A stretch of 60,185 bases of DNA, counting the filler, from an uncultured bacterium (GTDB lineage: Bacteria; Auribacterota; CAZIXI01): NCBI GenBank assembly GCA_964543115.1. It is 5 parts of 5 records of this genome, joined end to end, with 100 filler letters (N's around TTAATTAATTAA, not from the genome) between each part and the next. Parts side by side here need not be neighbours in the genome. Positions count along the whole stretch, not along the records: positions 48,391 to 60,185 come from CAZIXI010000093.1; 4 more parts are not named here. One strand, 5' to 3'. Under the pieces are notes generated by a model that ran no database searches, had not been told where the DNA came from, and was given only the letters and a program-made list of their open reading frames with translations. The position numbers were made by a program, and so were the translations under genes. Shown piece by piece: positions 48,763 to 59,252 of this stretch. Positions within the stretch are counted from its first letter, which is position 1. Each line of letters opens with the position of its first letter.

Positions 48763-49684
48763 TTAGACTTATTTTTATTCTTTTCTTTAAACTCCTTCTA
48801 ATTTTTGATAAGGCCCCTAACAAATAGAAAGGGGCATATTTTCTGGCTAATTCATTATTAAATAAACTAACTATTAATTTCATAAATCTAGAATGCCCGC
48901 ATCTCTTATACTTTAAATTATGTTTGTGCATTTTCTCCAAATCTTCCTCAGTTAAATCGTGCAGCATCAATAACTTCTCTTTGTACATATTTTTAACAAT
49001 CTCATCACCTAATTCTGTATTTATAACCATAACTGTGGCGTTTTCTAGGTTCTTAACCCATGCGTCACCTAATACGATATCCGCTTCACCCGATATATAA
49101 ACGCGGCATTTTCTGCATTCTTTTTCTAGAAATAATAAATCTGCTAATTCATAATATTTCTTCCCAAGAGTTCTTGTACTGCCGTCTTTTTTATGTACAG
49201 TAAACCCACCTGGATATCTACCTCCCCCCCTGTACTCAATATATTTTATATCTCTTTTTTTTGTTTTTGATTTAGAGATCAAATATTCTGTTGCTTCTCT
49301 ACTGATATTGTATCCACAGAATAAACTCAGCAAATATTTTACGTTTGGCGCCACTCTTCTGATATGACTCGCAAAACACGGTTGGGTGACAACCGCTATC
49401 TTTTTGCTCCTATAAGCATTAATAACATCGAGCAAAGGCTTGGACTTCATGTATACATACTTGGATCCTATCAACTCAACAACTTTCGCAGGTTGATCAA
49501 TTGCTCTGTATACGGGCTTAAATCTATCTTTCTCCTCAAAACCCACAGCTACCACAATATCAACCTTATTACTTTTTAAGAGATATTGTAAAATCGCAGT
49601 ACCAACACCACCTGAAGAACCATTAATGCGATAGGAAATATTATTGCTATATCCAACAAATAGGTTTATATGTGGGAGCATCAT
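48740..49684 (-). CDS. Coenzyme F420 hydrogenase/dehydrogenase beta-subunit (FrhB/FdhB)-family protein
   Basis: SSGGVGTAIL, GSKY, TQPC, LFCG, YRG, CRKC, DIVLGDAW. Confidence 0.8.
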   Translation of the reverse strand: MMLPHINLFVGYSNNISYRINGSSGGVGTAILQYLLKSNKVDIVVAVGFEEKDRFKPVYRAIDQPAKVVELIGSKYVYMKSKPLLDVINAYRSKKIAVVTQPCFASHIRRVAPNVKYLLSLFCGYNISREATEYLISKSKTKKRDIKYIEYRGGGRYPGGFTVHKKDGSTRTLGKKYYELADLLFLEKECRKCRVYISGEADIVLGDAWVKNLENATVMVINTELGDEIVKNMYKEKLLMLHDLTEEDLEKMHKHNLKYKRCGHSRFMKLIVSLFNNELARKYAPFYLLGALSKIRRSLKKRIKISLNETKIYG

Positions 49685-49756
49685 CTTACTCTCAGATTTA
49701 CTCTATTAAAATTGCTATGCCAACTTAATGACCTTAACAATAACGACAAACATGCT

Positions 49757-50629
49757 TTACCACTTCATTCTCTTATCAATTAAGTCGGCGATTAACCCTA
49801 GAGATAAAATTGTGAATCCCGCCAAAAACAATATAATAGTCGTTGAAATTAATATTTTTGCGACGAAAATCCTTATTGCTAACAGACCTGTCCCTAACAA
49901 AAACATCAATAAACTCATCGGCATAAATATCTTCAATGGCTCAAAATACATAGTCGTCCTGGCAATCAGAAAGATAAAGTTTAGACCATCCTTAATGGGC
50001 CTTATTTTTGATTTCCCCTCCCTTTTGTAGTAATCAATTGGGACATAAACCACAGAATAATTATTAGTCAACATGGCCAATGTAATAGTTGTTGTAAACG
50101 AAAAGCCATTTGGTAAAATATGCAGATATTTCTCAACAACCTCCTTCTTCATAACTCTTAATCCAGAATTCATATCTGGAATATTTCTCCCACATAAATA
50201 GCTCGCAAATCTAGCAATAAACCATTTCCCAAACCTTCTAGCCTTAGGTATCTGAACATTTTCTTTTATCCTTGCGCCTACAACCATATCACAATTATTT
50301 TCGATAAAAACTTTTAACAACTCAGCAATAGACTCACATGGATATGTTCCATCCGCATCTATAATTAAAAATATATTATATTTTGATTGTAAAATACCCC
50401 TTTTTAAAGATCCTCCATAGCCTAATTGCACCTCATTAGTAATTATTTTTACAGGACCATGGATACCGCTTAAAAGTTCTATGCTTCTATCTGTCGAGGC
50501 GTCGTTAACAACAATAACTTCAAATTCAATATCTAAACCAGAAAGTGCGTCAACTAATTCCCGTATCGTTTTTACTATTGACTGCTCTTCATTGTAACAA
50601 GGAACAACAACGCTAATTGTTTTCATCAT
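49757..50629 (-). CDS. GT2 glycosyltransferase (DPM1/GtrB-like) with two C-terminal TMs
   Basis: VVPCYNEE, VNDASTD, GYGGSLKRG, IIDADGTY, DMNSGLR, YYKREGKSK; AAGGAG RBS before ATG at 50629. Confidence 0.9.
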   Translation of the reverse strand: MMKTISVVVPCYNEEQSIVKTIRELVDALSGLDIEFEVIVVNDASTDRSIELLSGIHGPVKIITNEVQLGYGGSLKRGILQSKYNIFLIIDADGTYPCESIAELLKVFIENNCDMVVGARIKENVQIPKARRFGKWFIARFASYLCGRNIPDMNSGLRVMKKEVVEKYLHILPNGFSFTTTITLAMLTNNYSVVYVPIDYYKREGKSKIRPIKDGLNFIFLIARTTMYFEPLKIFMPMSLLMFLLGTGLLAIRIFVAKILISTTIILFLAGFTILSLGLIADLIDKRMKW

Positions 50630-52234
50630 TAAAACTCCTTTTTTCAATCTTATATATTTTTTTCATGATAATATAGAGAATGGCTAACATACCTATAGCA
50701 AGCAAAGGGTAAAATAAAACAAGGCCTTTTTCAAATGAGTCTAGCGCAAAATACTTTTGAATTTTTGGATTTAATACCGCAATTTTTGAAAATACATCAG
50801 GAAATATCAAATAAATTACTCCAAATATATAGCCGCCCATAAAACCTCTAATAAACAACCCCAAAAGAGTTTTTACAGGTGAAATAAAATAAATTTTAAT
50901 AGCGTTAATAACATAGGCATTATTAACCCAGCCATACCCGCCCATCACATTACTACCCAGCTCCAGTGTTGTTGACTTATCATACTCAAGTGGAAGGATT
51001 AGGAAAAAATTGAAAATTAGTATAATAACCATGAATATATAGAGATATTTTAGATAATTGGGAAACACTTTGCGGATTCTATTAAAAAATGCGGCTAATC
51101 CTATACAGGTAAACGGCAATAAGGACAATAAATGGCGATAACCATAATAACTTCCTTGCTGCTGCCATTTTAAAACAATAATAAATGGTAAGGAAAATAA
51201 TATTGCATATATTATTCTATCTAGAATGTGATTTCGAGAAATAACCAATGGATTAAACCAAAAAAAGCTAAAAAACCCTATAACAAATGGCAGCATAGTA
51301 TATAGAAGCCCCCAATCCAATCCAACAAAAATATGAAAAACATTAATTACACTTGCAAAACTATACAACACAGAGATCGGCCTCATTATATTAACTGGAT
51401 CATAAGGTAATGTGAAATAACCTCCCAAACAAACCTTCCAAGCTAAGCCTTGTGTAAAGAAAAATATTAAAAAGACAACGATAGAGAAAAGCAACAAATT
51501 AGGGATTCCTCTCTTTAAAAATGCGGATAAATCATTAGTTTTCAAAAATAGAAAATATGCAGCAAACAACACAATATGAATATCGTTCCAGCGAGTAATC
51601 AATGTTCCGCCGCATACTACTCCAAGAATAATGACATGCTTGAAACATATGTCGCAATTATCTCTCCACCTGATTACAAGATACAGAAGTAAAGAAATAA
51701 AGAAGAATTGGGGAATAGGTGAAAAATGGGGCGCTTAAACATATATACAGGCAAAATTGTCCCCCAAACAGTTAATATAACTGATATAAATGAGGTCCGA
51801 CTATCAAACCCCAAAAGCGAGCATACCTTAAGCAACAGACACCCTCCTAAATATGCATAGAGAAGAATTCCACTGCACATAAACATAAAGAATACTGGGT
51901 GACGTTGATTAAAAGGTGTATCTGTGGACCAACATAGCATAGAGACTATAGGTTTGGCAGCAATATAAAATGGCGTTAAAAGGACAGAAGTCCCAATAGG
52001 GTGCGCTAAAACGACTTTGCCTGTTAAACCAGAAATTCCCGAAGAACCAGTGATTTCATTATTAGAAAAGTCAAAATCAAAATCATTTACTAAAGAACTC
52101 ACATACCCATAATAGCTGTTATCATCTCCTGAATATATATTACCATTCACATTAGCCCAAGGTTTAGCTTGAAAGCCAAGGTATAAAATTGTTAGCAAAA
52201 GAAATATTTTGAAAAAAGAGTTAATCTTTACCAT
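50613..52234 (-). pseudogene. GT-C-like polytopic membrane glycosyltransferase split by a 1-nt frameshift
   Basis: ORFs 51674-52324 and 50613-51602 join into one frame (PIFSPIPQFF...GGTLITRWND) if one A is added to the A5 run at 51722-51726. GDDNSYY loop motif; RBS before ATG at 52234. Confidence 0.75.
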
Positions 52235-52366
52235 CCCCTTTCCCCTTCGTTTATTAAACAGAATCCTGCCATATAATCTTCTCCGCCTTTTAGCAAAACC
52301 GAATTCATCATAATCACTCCTCAATACATTTTCCTTATAATTTTAGAACATTGAAACCGGAAATTT

Positions 52367-54007
52367 TCAACTCTGTTTTTTATTCTCTATCTTCCAGATC
52401 GCCCAGTCAGGCGTCATTGGGTGGCTCACTATATCTTTTACTTTAGTAATAATATTTCTGTCATAAAGTTTTATTTTGCCGGCGGATTTTCGATAAAGAG
52501 GGATATTAATATCACGTTCATATACACCATTTTGGCCCGGACAAATCTTACCAATATAATATTTAACATTATTAACGCAAAGATACTCATTGATGCCTAA
52601 TCTAAGAAGTTTTTCATTATAAACATAACCATTAATTAAGCCGTCACCCGGCAGAATCAGCATATCCGAATACCAGGCTATTTTCCCCGCGCTATCCGCT
52701 ACTAATATCTTAGTTTTTGGCGGTAGATTTTGTTTTAGCCAGAAACCCAGCGAGATATCCCACCTATATTCCCTGTCAACATTTCCATCCAAATACGGAA
52801 TGATATTATTTGACCCGATTGCATCCGGATTGGCATACCTCATCCAGCCCCGGGAAAGACCAACGATCGATAAAAGCAAACAGGCAAACAACACACCCCC
52901 ATTAATTATTCTCTGATTTACAATTCTCTTTGCTATAAGTTTAGCCGCAATCAATTCAAACGCTACACATAAAACAAAGGCGGCATTTATTACTCCTGCC
53001 ACATAATACCAGGACCAGGATGTCCAGCGTCCCGTAGAGAACAAAAATATGCTCAGGGCATGCAGCAACACACCGATCCCCAGTATCCGTAATATAATCT
53101 TCTTTTTTGCCCCAACTCCCGGCATAAAGGAAAGAAAAAGAGACAAGGCCCCAAACAACGATACTAACTTACCTAATTTACCCAATTTCCCTAAATTATC
53201 AATACTTAGCGATATATGCGAAAAGTCACTTTTTAGCTTGCTGCTTATTGTCACAAAATGGCCATATGATATTAAATTGAATAAAAAGTATGCAGCGAGA
53301 ATAACAACAAACGGGCAAATAAAAGCTGAAACAAGTTTTATTTTCTGCAAATCAAACAAATTTTTTATATTTATGCCCTGACCGGCATAAATCCTTATAA
53401 GGCCAAACAGCAGAAATGTGCCTGCGAGAAAAATATTATCGAGTCTTGCCAGAACAAATAACGCAATAAAAATACTTGCAGACACCCATAAAACCGCTCT
53501 CTCCACCTGGTCATAAGCTAAGAGGAAATAATAAATTGCCACTATCAGCATACAACCATTCACATGTGCTTCCGACCCATAAAGACCAGTTAGGAAATAG
53601 GTTGCTAATAGCGGCAGGCCAAGTAGCCAATATTTTAATGAAATTTGCTTCGCAATCCTGAAAAAATAATAGACAATCACTAAAAACAATAATGCCGCCA
53701 CAGTAAAAATAATATGCAAAGCAATTATTTTATTACTACCCGCCAAAAACATCCCTGCGACACACAACAGCATCCATAAAGGGTGATAACCGTTTGTGGT
53801 GGTAATCTCGTTAAATGTACTGCCATATCCATGCGCAATATTATAGGCTACCTGCAAATAGAAATAGGAATCATCCGCAGGAAAATTTGGGGGACATAGT
53901 TGTGCGGGCAAAACAAAAAGAACAAAAAGAACTACACCGATAAACACGATCAAAACAGTTTTCCAATTATCTGTTAACCTTTGAATAAAAGGGTGATTAG
54001 AATTCAT
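52367..54007 (-). CDS. GT-C-like polytopic membrane glycosyltransferase
   Basis: ADDSYFYLQVAYNIAHGYG...NGYHPLWMLL, LARLD; many TMs and a C-terminal soluble domain. Confidence 0.7.
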   Translation of the reverse strand: MNSNHPFIQRLTDNWKTVLIVFIGVVLFVLFVLPAQLCPPNFPADDSYFYLQVAYNIAHGYGSTFNEITTTNGYHPLWMLLCVAGMFLAGSNKIIALHIIFTVAALLFLVIVYYFFRIAKQISLKYWLLGLPLLATYFLTGLYGSEAHVNGCMLIVAIYYFLLAYDQVERAVLWVSASIFIALFVLARLDNIFLAGTFLLFGLIRIYAGQGINIKNLFDLQKIKLVSAFICPFVVILAAYFLFNLISYGHFVTISSKLKSDFSHISLSIDNLGKLGKLGKLVSLFGALSLFLSFMPGVGAKKKIILRILGIGVLLHALSIFLFSTGRWTSWSWYYVAGVINAAFVLCVAFELIAAKLIAKRIVNQRIINGGVLFACLLLSIVGLSRGWMRYANPDAIGSNNIIPYLDGNVDREYRWDISLGFWLKQNLPPKTKILVADSAGKIAWYSDMLILPGDGLINGYVYNEKLLRLGINEYLCVNNVKYYIGKICPGQNGVYERDINIPLYRKSAGKIKLYDRNIITKVKDIVSHPMTPDWAIWKIENKKQS

Positions 54008-54025
54008 AACTATCTCTCTCCATAT

Positions 54026-55423
54026 CTATCTGGTATTTGTGCCCATTCTACCGCTTAACAAACAATTTAAATACGCAAAAGTCATTCCAAATAAGCTCCA
54101 GAACGGAATCGCGTTATAAGGAAATTCTAAGATAACCGCAAAATTCGCCATAACAAGCCAGTTGATAAGTACGGCACATAGCAAGACGCCGCTAATTGAT
54201 CTTAAATATACCGTATTCCGTATCATCTTGAATAAGACACTAATAAGTATCAAAATAAATATGATCCCGACAATCCCTGATCTGTAGATTATATGCAAAT
54301 AAGAATTATGAGCCGTAATCCATCCATCCCTTTTCCAATCAATTGCAGCCCAGTTCAAGGCTTCCAGGCTGCTAGAACGCAAAGGCCAACCAAAATTAAA
54401 TCCGAAGACATGTCTTTTTTCATTCATCTGTGCTAACATATCTCTCCATATAAATATTCGGAAAAGAGCATTTATATTCTGGCCCCTTACTCGTGCTTGG
54501 CAATATTCAATATCAGAATTAGGTCCATTACCAAGTTCAGGGCCAGGTTCAGATTCATGTTCTCCAGGATTATAAAGTTTTATTTCTAACTCTTCCGATT
54601 TGAAACTCTCTCTGGCTCCTTCAATACGTATATTAAATTCATTGTAAAGACAAATTAAGTCATTATACTTCCTGAAAAATCCCCGGTTATACCTCCCAGA
54701 TAGTTTATACGCCGCCAGACAAAGAAATAAAATTAACAGTGCTGCAATAATAAATTTATATCTTTTTTTTATTTTAAATATTATAAATAAATTTATAATT
54801 ATAAAGATAATACTGATAATATTACCGACTAATGTCGTTTTTGAGTGTTCAAACAATACATTATAAGGAATAACTATTAACAGCAACATAAGAAGGGCAT
54901 ATCTCAACCACCTTGTCGGGTACAATCTAATTAAGATAATCGTTAACAGTATACAGGTCAGCAGGTAATATCTATAGAACCGCACAAAACCCAAGATGCA
55001 TATCAATCCAAGAGCTAATAACACCATTAGCTCCCTATTTGCAAACAATTTTTTGTTATAAAAACTAAAACCGCAAAGGGCAAACAAGGGATAATAAAAC
55101 AACGCAGAATGCCTAAAAGCAAGGGGGCCCCAGGCAAAATAACCCAAAAAAGCCTTTACCAAGACAAAACAGAAAAAACAAAACAAAAGATAGTACCAGA
55201 CATTAAATTTCTGGTGATTAATTATCCACTTTGTGATTAATAGGGCCAAACAAAAAAAGAGTAAGATTTCTCCTACAAATATTGGGAAATCAATAAAAGA
55301 AAAACTTAGATGAACTTCCGCAAACTTCTCCCGAAACAAACAGTAGCCGAGAGAGAATACCCCCAGTAACACAATCCCGATCCCGTCTAGAATATAATTA
55401 ATCTGTTCACGTTTTTTATTCAT
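54026..55423 (-). CDS. O-antigen ligase/polymerase (Wzy_C/WaaL family)
   Basis: About 11 TMs, large loop, RIFIWRDML, FGFNFG, AHNSYLHIIYRSGIVG. Confidence 0.8.
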   Translation of the reverse strand: MNKKREQINYILDGIGIVLLGVFSLGYCLFREKFAEVHLSFSFIDFPIFVGEILLFFCLALLITKWIINHQKFNVWYYLLFCFFCFVLVKAFLGYFAWGPLAFRHSALFYYPLFALCGFSFYNKKLFANRELMVLLALGLICILGFVRFYRYYLLTCILLTIILIRLYPTRWLRYALLMLLLIVIPYNVLFEHSKTTLVGNIISIIFIIINLFIIFKIKKRYKFIIAALLILFLCLAAYKLSGRYNRGFFRKYNDLICLYNEFNIRIEGARESFKSEELEIKLYNPGEHESEPGPELGNGPNSDIEYCQARVRGQNINALFRIFIWRDMLAQMNEKRHVFGFNFGWPLRSSSLEALNWAAIDWKRDGWITAHNSYLHIIYRSGIVGIIFILILISVLFKMIRNTVYLRSISGVLLCAVLINWLVMANFAVILEFPYNAIPFWSLFGMTFAYLNCLLSGRMGTNTR

Positions 55424-56324
55424 CTTTATCCCTATTACTATTGCTTTTTATCTTCCTGCGTTTTACTCTTGCCTTCATTTTACTCATCTTGAGAAAATAA
55501 TACGCATCAAAAACCCCGGCAATAATATTCCGGACATGCGCTACTGGATAATGCGCGTGAATACAATCCCGGTGGAAATAATGATGATTCGTTTTCTCAT
55601 GATTCACACCCGTTAAGGCTGAAAAGCAAAATTTGTATATTGTCGTCATCTGCCGATAAGAAAAAGCATTTATATCCCTCTCTGTTCCCCGGGGCAAGGC
55701 AAATGCTTGTATTTCTTCCCCCAAAACATCTTCGAGAATAGATTTTGGTCTCAGCAGCTCCAAAGACACCATTTCTTCATTAACGATACCCGAAATCCGG
55801 CAATGAGAATGCGTATGCGGTAATACCCAATGCCCGCTTCTTCTCAAGCTCACAACATTCTCCTTACTCATGGTAACATACTCCGCTTCCGTCAGCGGCT
55901 CTGCCTGAAACTGTCCGGAATACACATTATGATAAACAAACTTACGCATATTTTCTTTATTTCTTAATGAAAATATTTCAGTGGGAACAAAAAATATCGC
56001 TTTGATCCCGTATTTAGCCAGAACCGTTTTGGCCGCCCAATAACTTGAATAGAGGCCGTCATCAAAGGTTAACAGCAATGATTTTCCTGAAATTTTACTA
56101 TCGGAACCATCTGTATAATAGCTAAAAAACTCATCCGGCGAAATAATCCTTCTAACCTTGCTTAAATAATTAATAATGGAATCGAGATTATCCAGATCAC
56201 CTGGCTTAACATGATGAAGCATCGACACTCTTATATTGTCTTCCGGCATTATAATTTTCGGGAAGGCCTCCATCCCCATTGCCTTAAAAACACGCCCGAA
56301 TTTAATCATCTGTTTATCATTCAT
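55416..56324 (-). CDS. Polysaccharide deacetylase (NodB/CE4)
   Basis: LLLTFDDGLYSSY, AIFFVPT, PHTHSH, FALPRG. Confidence 0.85.
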   Translation of the reverse strand: MNDKQMIKFGRVFKAMGMEAFPKIIMPEDNIRVSMLHHVKPGDLDNLDSIINYLSKVRRIISPDEFFSYYTDGSDSKISGKSLLLTFDDGLYSSYWAAKTVLAKYGIKAIFFVPTEIFSLRNKENMRKFVYHNVYSGQFQAEPLTEAEYVTMSKENVVSLRRSGHWVLPHTHSHCRISGIVNEEMVSLELLRPKSILEDVLGEEIQAFALPRGTERDINAFSYRQMTTIYKFCFSALTGVNHEKTNHHYFHRDCIHAHYPVAHVRNIIAGVFDAYYFLKMSKMKARVKRRKIKSNSNRDKDE

Positions 56325-56334
56325 ATCTTGCTTA

Positions 56335-57516
56335 TTATGTAAAAGCTATATCCCCATCACAATAATCAAGAGTGATATCATCCCTGAAAAGAGCCAGCGG
56401 GCTGTTTTTGTCTTTTGGCCGACAAAAATACACCCGCTTCTTTTTCCTTAACAATACCCTCTCCACAATATTATTGTTTATGTATCTCTCCAAGTCTTTC
56501 GGTAATTCTATGTAGTCCGCCAAATATTTTCTAGCGTATTCAAACATAATAGGCGCTATGTACTTGTAATCGTTTTTATTAAACATATTAAAGTCTAAAA
56601 CCTTAGCCGTACGCTTCATCCTCTCTGCGCTAATTGACAGCGCAAAAAAACCTTTATATTCTTTTTCATTACCGGCAAAAACCTTTACAGCAACAATCTT
56701 GGCAACATCACGGATTTTGAAAAAATAATAATTTAAATCAACCTTTTCCGCTTTATCATATTCCGGCATCCAGTTATACTTGAGCATCCAATTCATCACA
56801 TCAACGTTACGGTAAAATTTTGCGGAATTTATATTAGGTTGTGTTTGTTCAATAGACTTTTCCTCAAGGGCACTTACTTCTTCGTAACTAATATCCTCTC
56901 CCTTGTGTTTATGCAAAAAGGATAATACATTATAGATAACCTTTTTAACGGGAAACGAAAGAAAACGCTCCGGCAAGCAAAAGGCACTATTAGTAATTAT
57001 TTGCTTAACACCTATCTTTGTCAGTATCCTTTGCAGCAAATAAAAAATATAAGACAGAAGATTTATTCTATAAATATCTATTACACAATACTCTAGCGGA
57101 CGCAGCTCAGGCAGCCCCATTCCCCTTAATACTCTTATTGCCGCTCTGCTAAGCCCTGTCGTAACAATATCATATCTTAACGACAAGGCGTTTATTATCA
57201 ACATACCGCCAACCGAAGTAGCTCTGAATTTGGCGGGTACATACCATGATGAAAACCAGTAAATCTTGGAAATACTGTTCCCAACCTTAAGCAACCCCGG
57301 CATTAAGCCAAGATAGCCTAAACATTTATCCCCGGCATAGGCAACCAGGAGGCCGATATCATCTGCACCCGCGCAAGGATTATTTGCCAGGGCTAAGGCC
57401 AGGGGTTTTGTAATAGGAATAATATTATCCCTTTTTACCTCATCAAGACCTTGACACGCGAATTTATATAAATCCCTGCTTTTTATTTTCTGAATTCTTA
57501 TGCGCTCAATATTCAT
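56335..57516 (-). CDS. GNAT-fold acyltransferase-like protein
   Basis: LLVAYAGDKCLGYLGLMP and WYVPAKFRATSVGGML (GNAT motif A-like). Confidence 0.6.
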   Translation of the reverse strand: MNIERIRIQKIKSRDLYKFACQGLDEVKRDNIIPITKPLALALANNPCAGADDIGLLVAYAGDKCLGYLGLMPGLLKVGNSISKIYWFSSWYVPAKFRATSVGGMLIINALSLRYDIVTTGLSRAAIRVLRGMGLPELRPLEYCVIDIYRINLLSYIFYLLQRILTKIGVKQIITNSAFCLPERFLSFPVKKVIYNVLSFLHKHKGEDISYEEVSALEEKSIEQTQPNINSAKFYRNVDVMNWMLKYNWMPEYDKAEKVDLNYYFFKIRDVAKIVAVKVFAGNEKEYKGFFALSISAERMKRTAKVLDFNMFNKNDYKYIAPIMFEYARKYLADYIELPKDLERYINNNIVERVLLRKKKRVYFCRPKDKNSPLALFRDDITLDYCDGDIAFT

Positions 57517-57524
57517 CGAAAGTT

Positions 57525-59252
57525 TTACAGAAAAGGCGGATTCCCTCCGGTAACCATAATTTTCTGACCGGTGGTAAATGAGGCCAGAGAAGACGATAGA
57601 AAAACTACTGCCTTTGCTACATCAACGGGAGCAGCATTTCGCCTCATGGGAGTATTTTTTCTCATCCCTTCAAGAAACATTTTGGGCACGTGTTTTGTTA
57701 AATCAGTCTCTGTAATACTTGGCACAACCATATTAACCTGGATATTTTCCGCGGCAAACTCAACAGCCAGACTCCTTGTTAAACCGACTATCCCGCTCTT
57801 GGAAATAACATATTTTGCCTGCCCAGGCGGCGGATTATCGGTAAAAACAGTTGAGACATTTATTATCTTTCCCCATTTATTTTTCAGCATCAACGGCAGT
57901 ACTTCCTGGCAACAGTTAAACATTCCTTTAATCGTAACATCAATATCCTGCTGCAGCTCCTGCCACTCTAATTCCATAAAGGGAACAGAATAGGCATCAC
58001 GCACAGCATTATTGACCAAAATATGGACCGTGCCATATTTTTCACAGACAGTCGCGATCATTTGCTTAACCTGCTGCCTGTCCGATACATCCGCGCCAAC
58101 AGTAATAGCATCACCGCCATTATCAACAGCCTCCTTCACAATCCTCTCGGCATCTTCTTTTCCCCGAAAATAATTGACAACCACCTTGGCGCCATATGAT
58201 AAAAATAATTTCGCGGTTGTTTCCCCAATCCCCCGGCTTGCCCCTGTCACTAAGACAACCTTATCTTTTAAGCGCAAATCTGATTCATTCTCTTTAAGGC
58301 TTTTCAAAGACGGCATTCTGGCGGGAGGCTCGTTCACCTTAACATTTATTTTCCCGGCAGCACAAACTTCTGTTTTATCGCGGATATCGCAAATTGAAAT
58401 ATCTTCTACAAGCGTGAAAGTGGATTGCGATTTAAAACTTACCTTTCCCGCCAGCAAATAATTCTTGCCCGGCTGCACAGAACGGGAAAATACCATATTA
58501 AAATCCATAAAAGTCGCGTATTTACCGGGTAAAGACATACCGACAAATGTGGAAAGCAAGCATGTTGATAACAAATTAGCAGATTCACAGCCATTAAACC
58601 GTTTCATTAAATCCGGCCTATACTTCGGCAAAAGGCCTTCTGCCAGGATTTCACAGAGTTTTTTCATATGATTATCCAAAACACGAAACTGATAGCTCCT
58701 TTCTTCGCCCTTGGCAATCTCCTGAAATTGCAATTCCTCTTCTATGGGAGGATCAATACTCATCTGGCCGTCGGCATCAAGCTGCTCACCCTGGTTTAGT
58801 CTGTTCTTAACTGTGACCGCACCACTATATTCAACAACAAAACTGCCCGTGGTGAGCGCCGTTTCTTTGCCCACCTTTTTTACGATATAATCTAAACTTA
58901 CTTTATTCATTTCCTCGTCTATTTCCGTAATTTCAGCCTGAAGAATCAAATTGTCATTTAGATAAACAGGCTTAATAAACCTTGCTGATATCTCAGAAAA
59001 AGAGCACCTATATTCCCCGGCAAAGCAGACTTTTAAGGCCGAAATAAAAACAACAGGCAGCATCCCATGCACAACATTCTCCCTGTATAGCGAGCGCCTG
59101 GCAAAAACCTTATCAGCATGCAAAGAACTCCGGTCACCGGTTAATCCCATAAACCAGTCTAACATCCTTTCCGATACCCGGAATTCCACAGAATTAGTTT
59201 GCCCGACAGAAATATTTTCAGGCAACCTGCTCTTGATCTTCATACATTTCAC
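57525..59252 (-). CDS. Double MaoC/hotdog dehydratase fused to an SDR ketoreductase
   Basis: Hotdog 1: LTGDRSSLH...VVHGML. Hotdog 2 is degenerate (STFVGMSLPG...F). SDR: VTGASRGIG, NNA, YVISK. Confidence 0.88.
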   Translation of the reverse strand: MKCMKIKSRLPENISVGQTNSVEFRVSERMLDWFMGLTGDRSSLHADKVFARRSLYRENVVHGMLPVVFISALKVCFAGEYRCSFSEISARFIKPVYLNDNLILQAEITEIDEEMNKVSLDYIVKKVGKETALTTGSFVVEYSGAVTVKNRLNQGEQLDADGQMSIDPPIEEELQFQEIAKGEERSYQFRVLDNHMKKLCEILAEGLLPKYRPDLMKRFNGCESANLLSTCLLSTFVGMSLPGKYATFMDFNMVFSRSVQPGKNYLLAGKVSFKSQSTFTLVEDISICDIRDKTEVCAAGKINVKVNEPPARMPSLKSLKENESDLRLKDKVVLVTGASRGIGETTAKLFLSYGAKVVVNYFRGKEDAERIVKEAVDNGGDAITVGADVSDRQQVKQMIATVCEKYGTVHILVNNAVRDAYSVPFMELEWQELQQDIDVTIKGMFNCCQEVLPLMLKNKWGKIINVSTVFTDNPPPGQAKYVISKSGIVGLTRSLAVEFAAENIQVNMVVPSITETDLTKHVPKMFLEGMRKNTPMRRNAAPVDVAKAVVFLSSSLASFTTGQKIMVTGGNPPFL

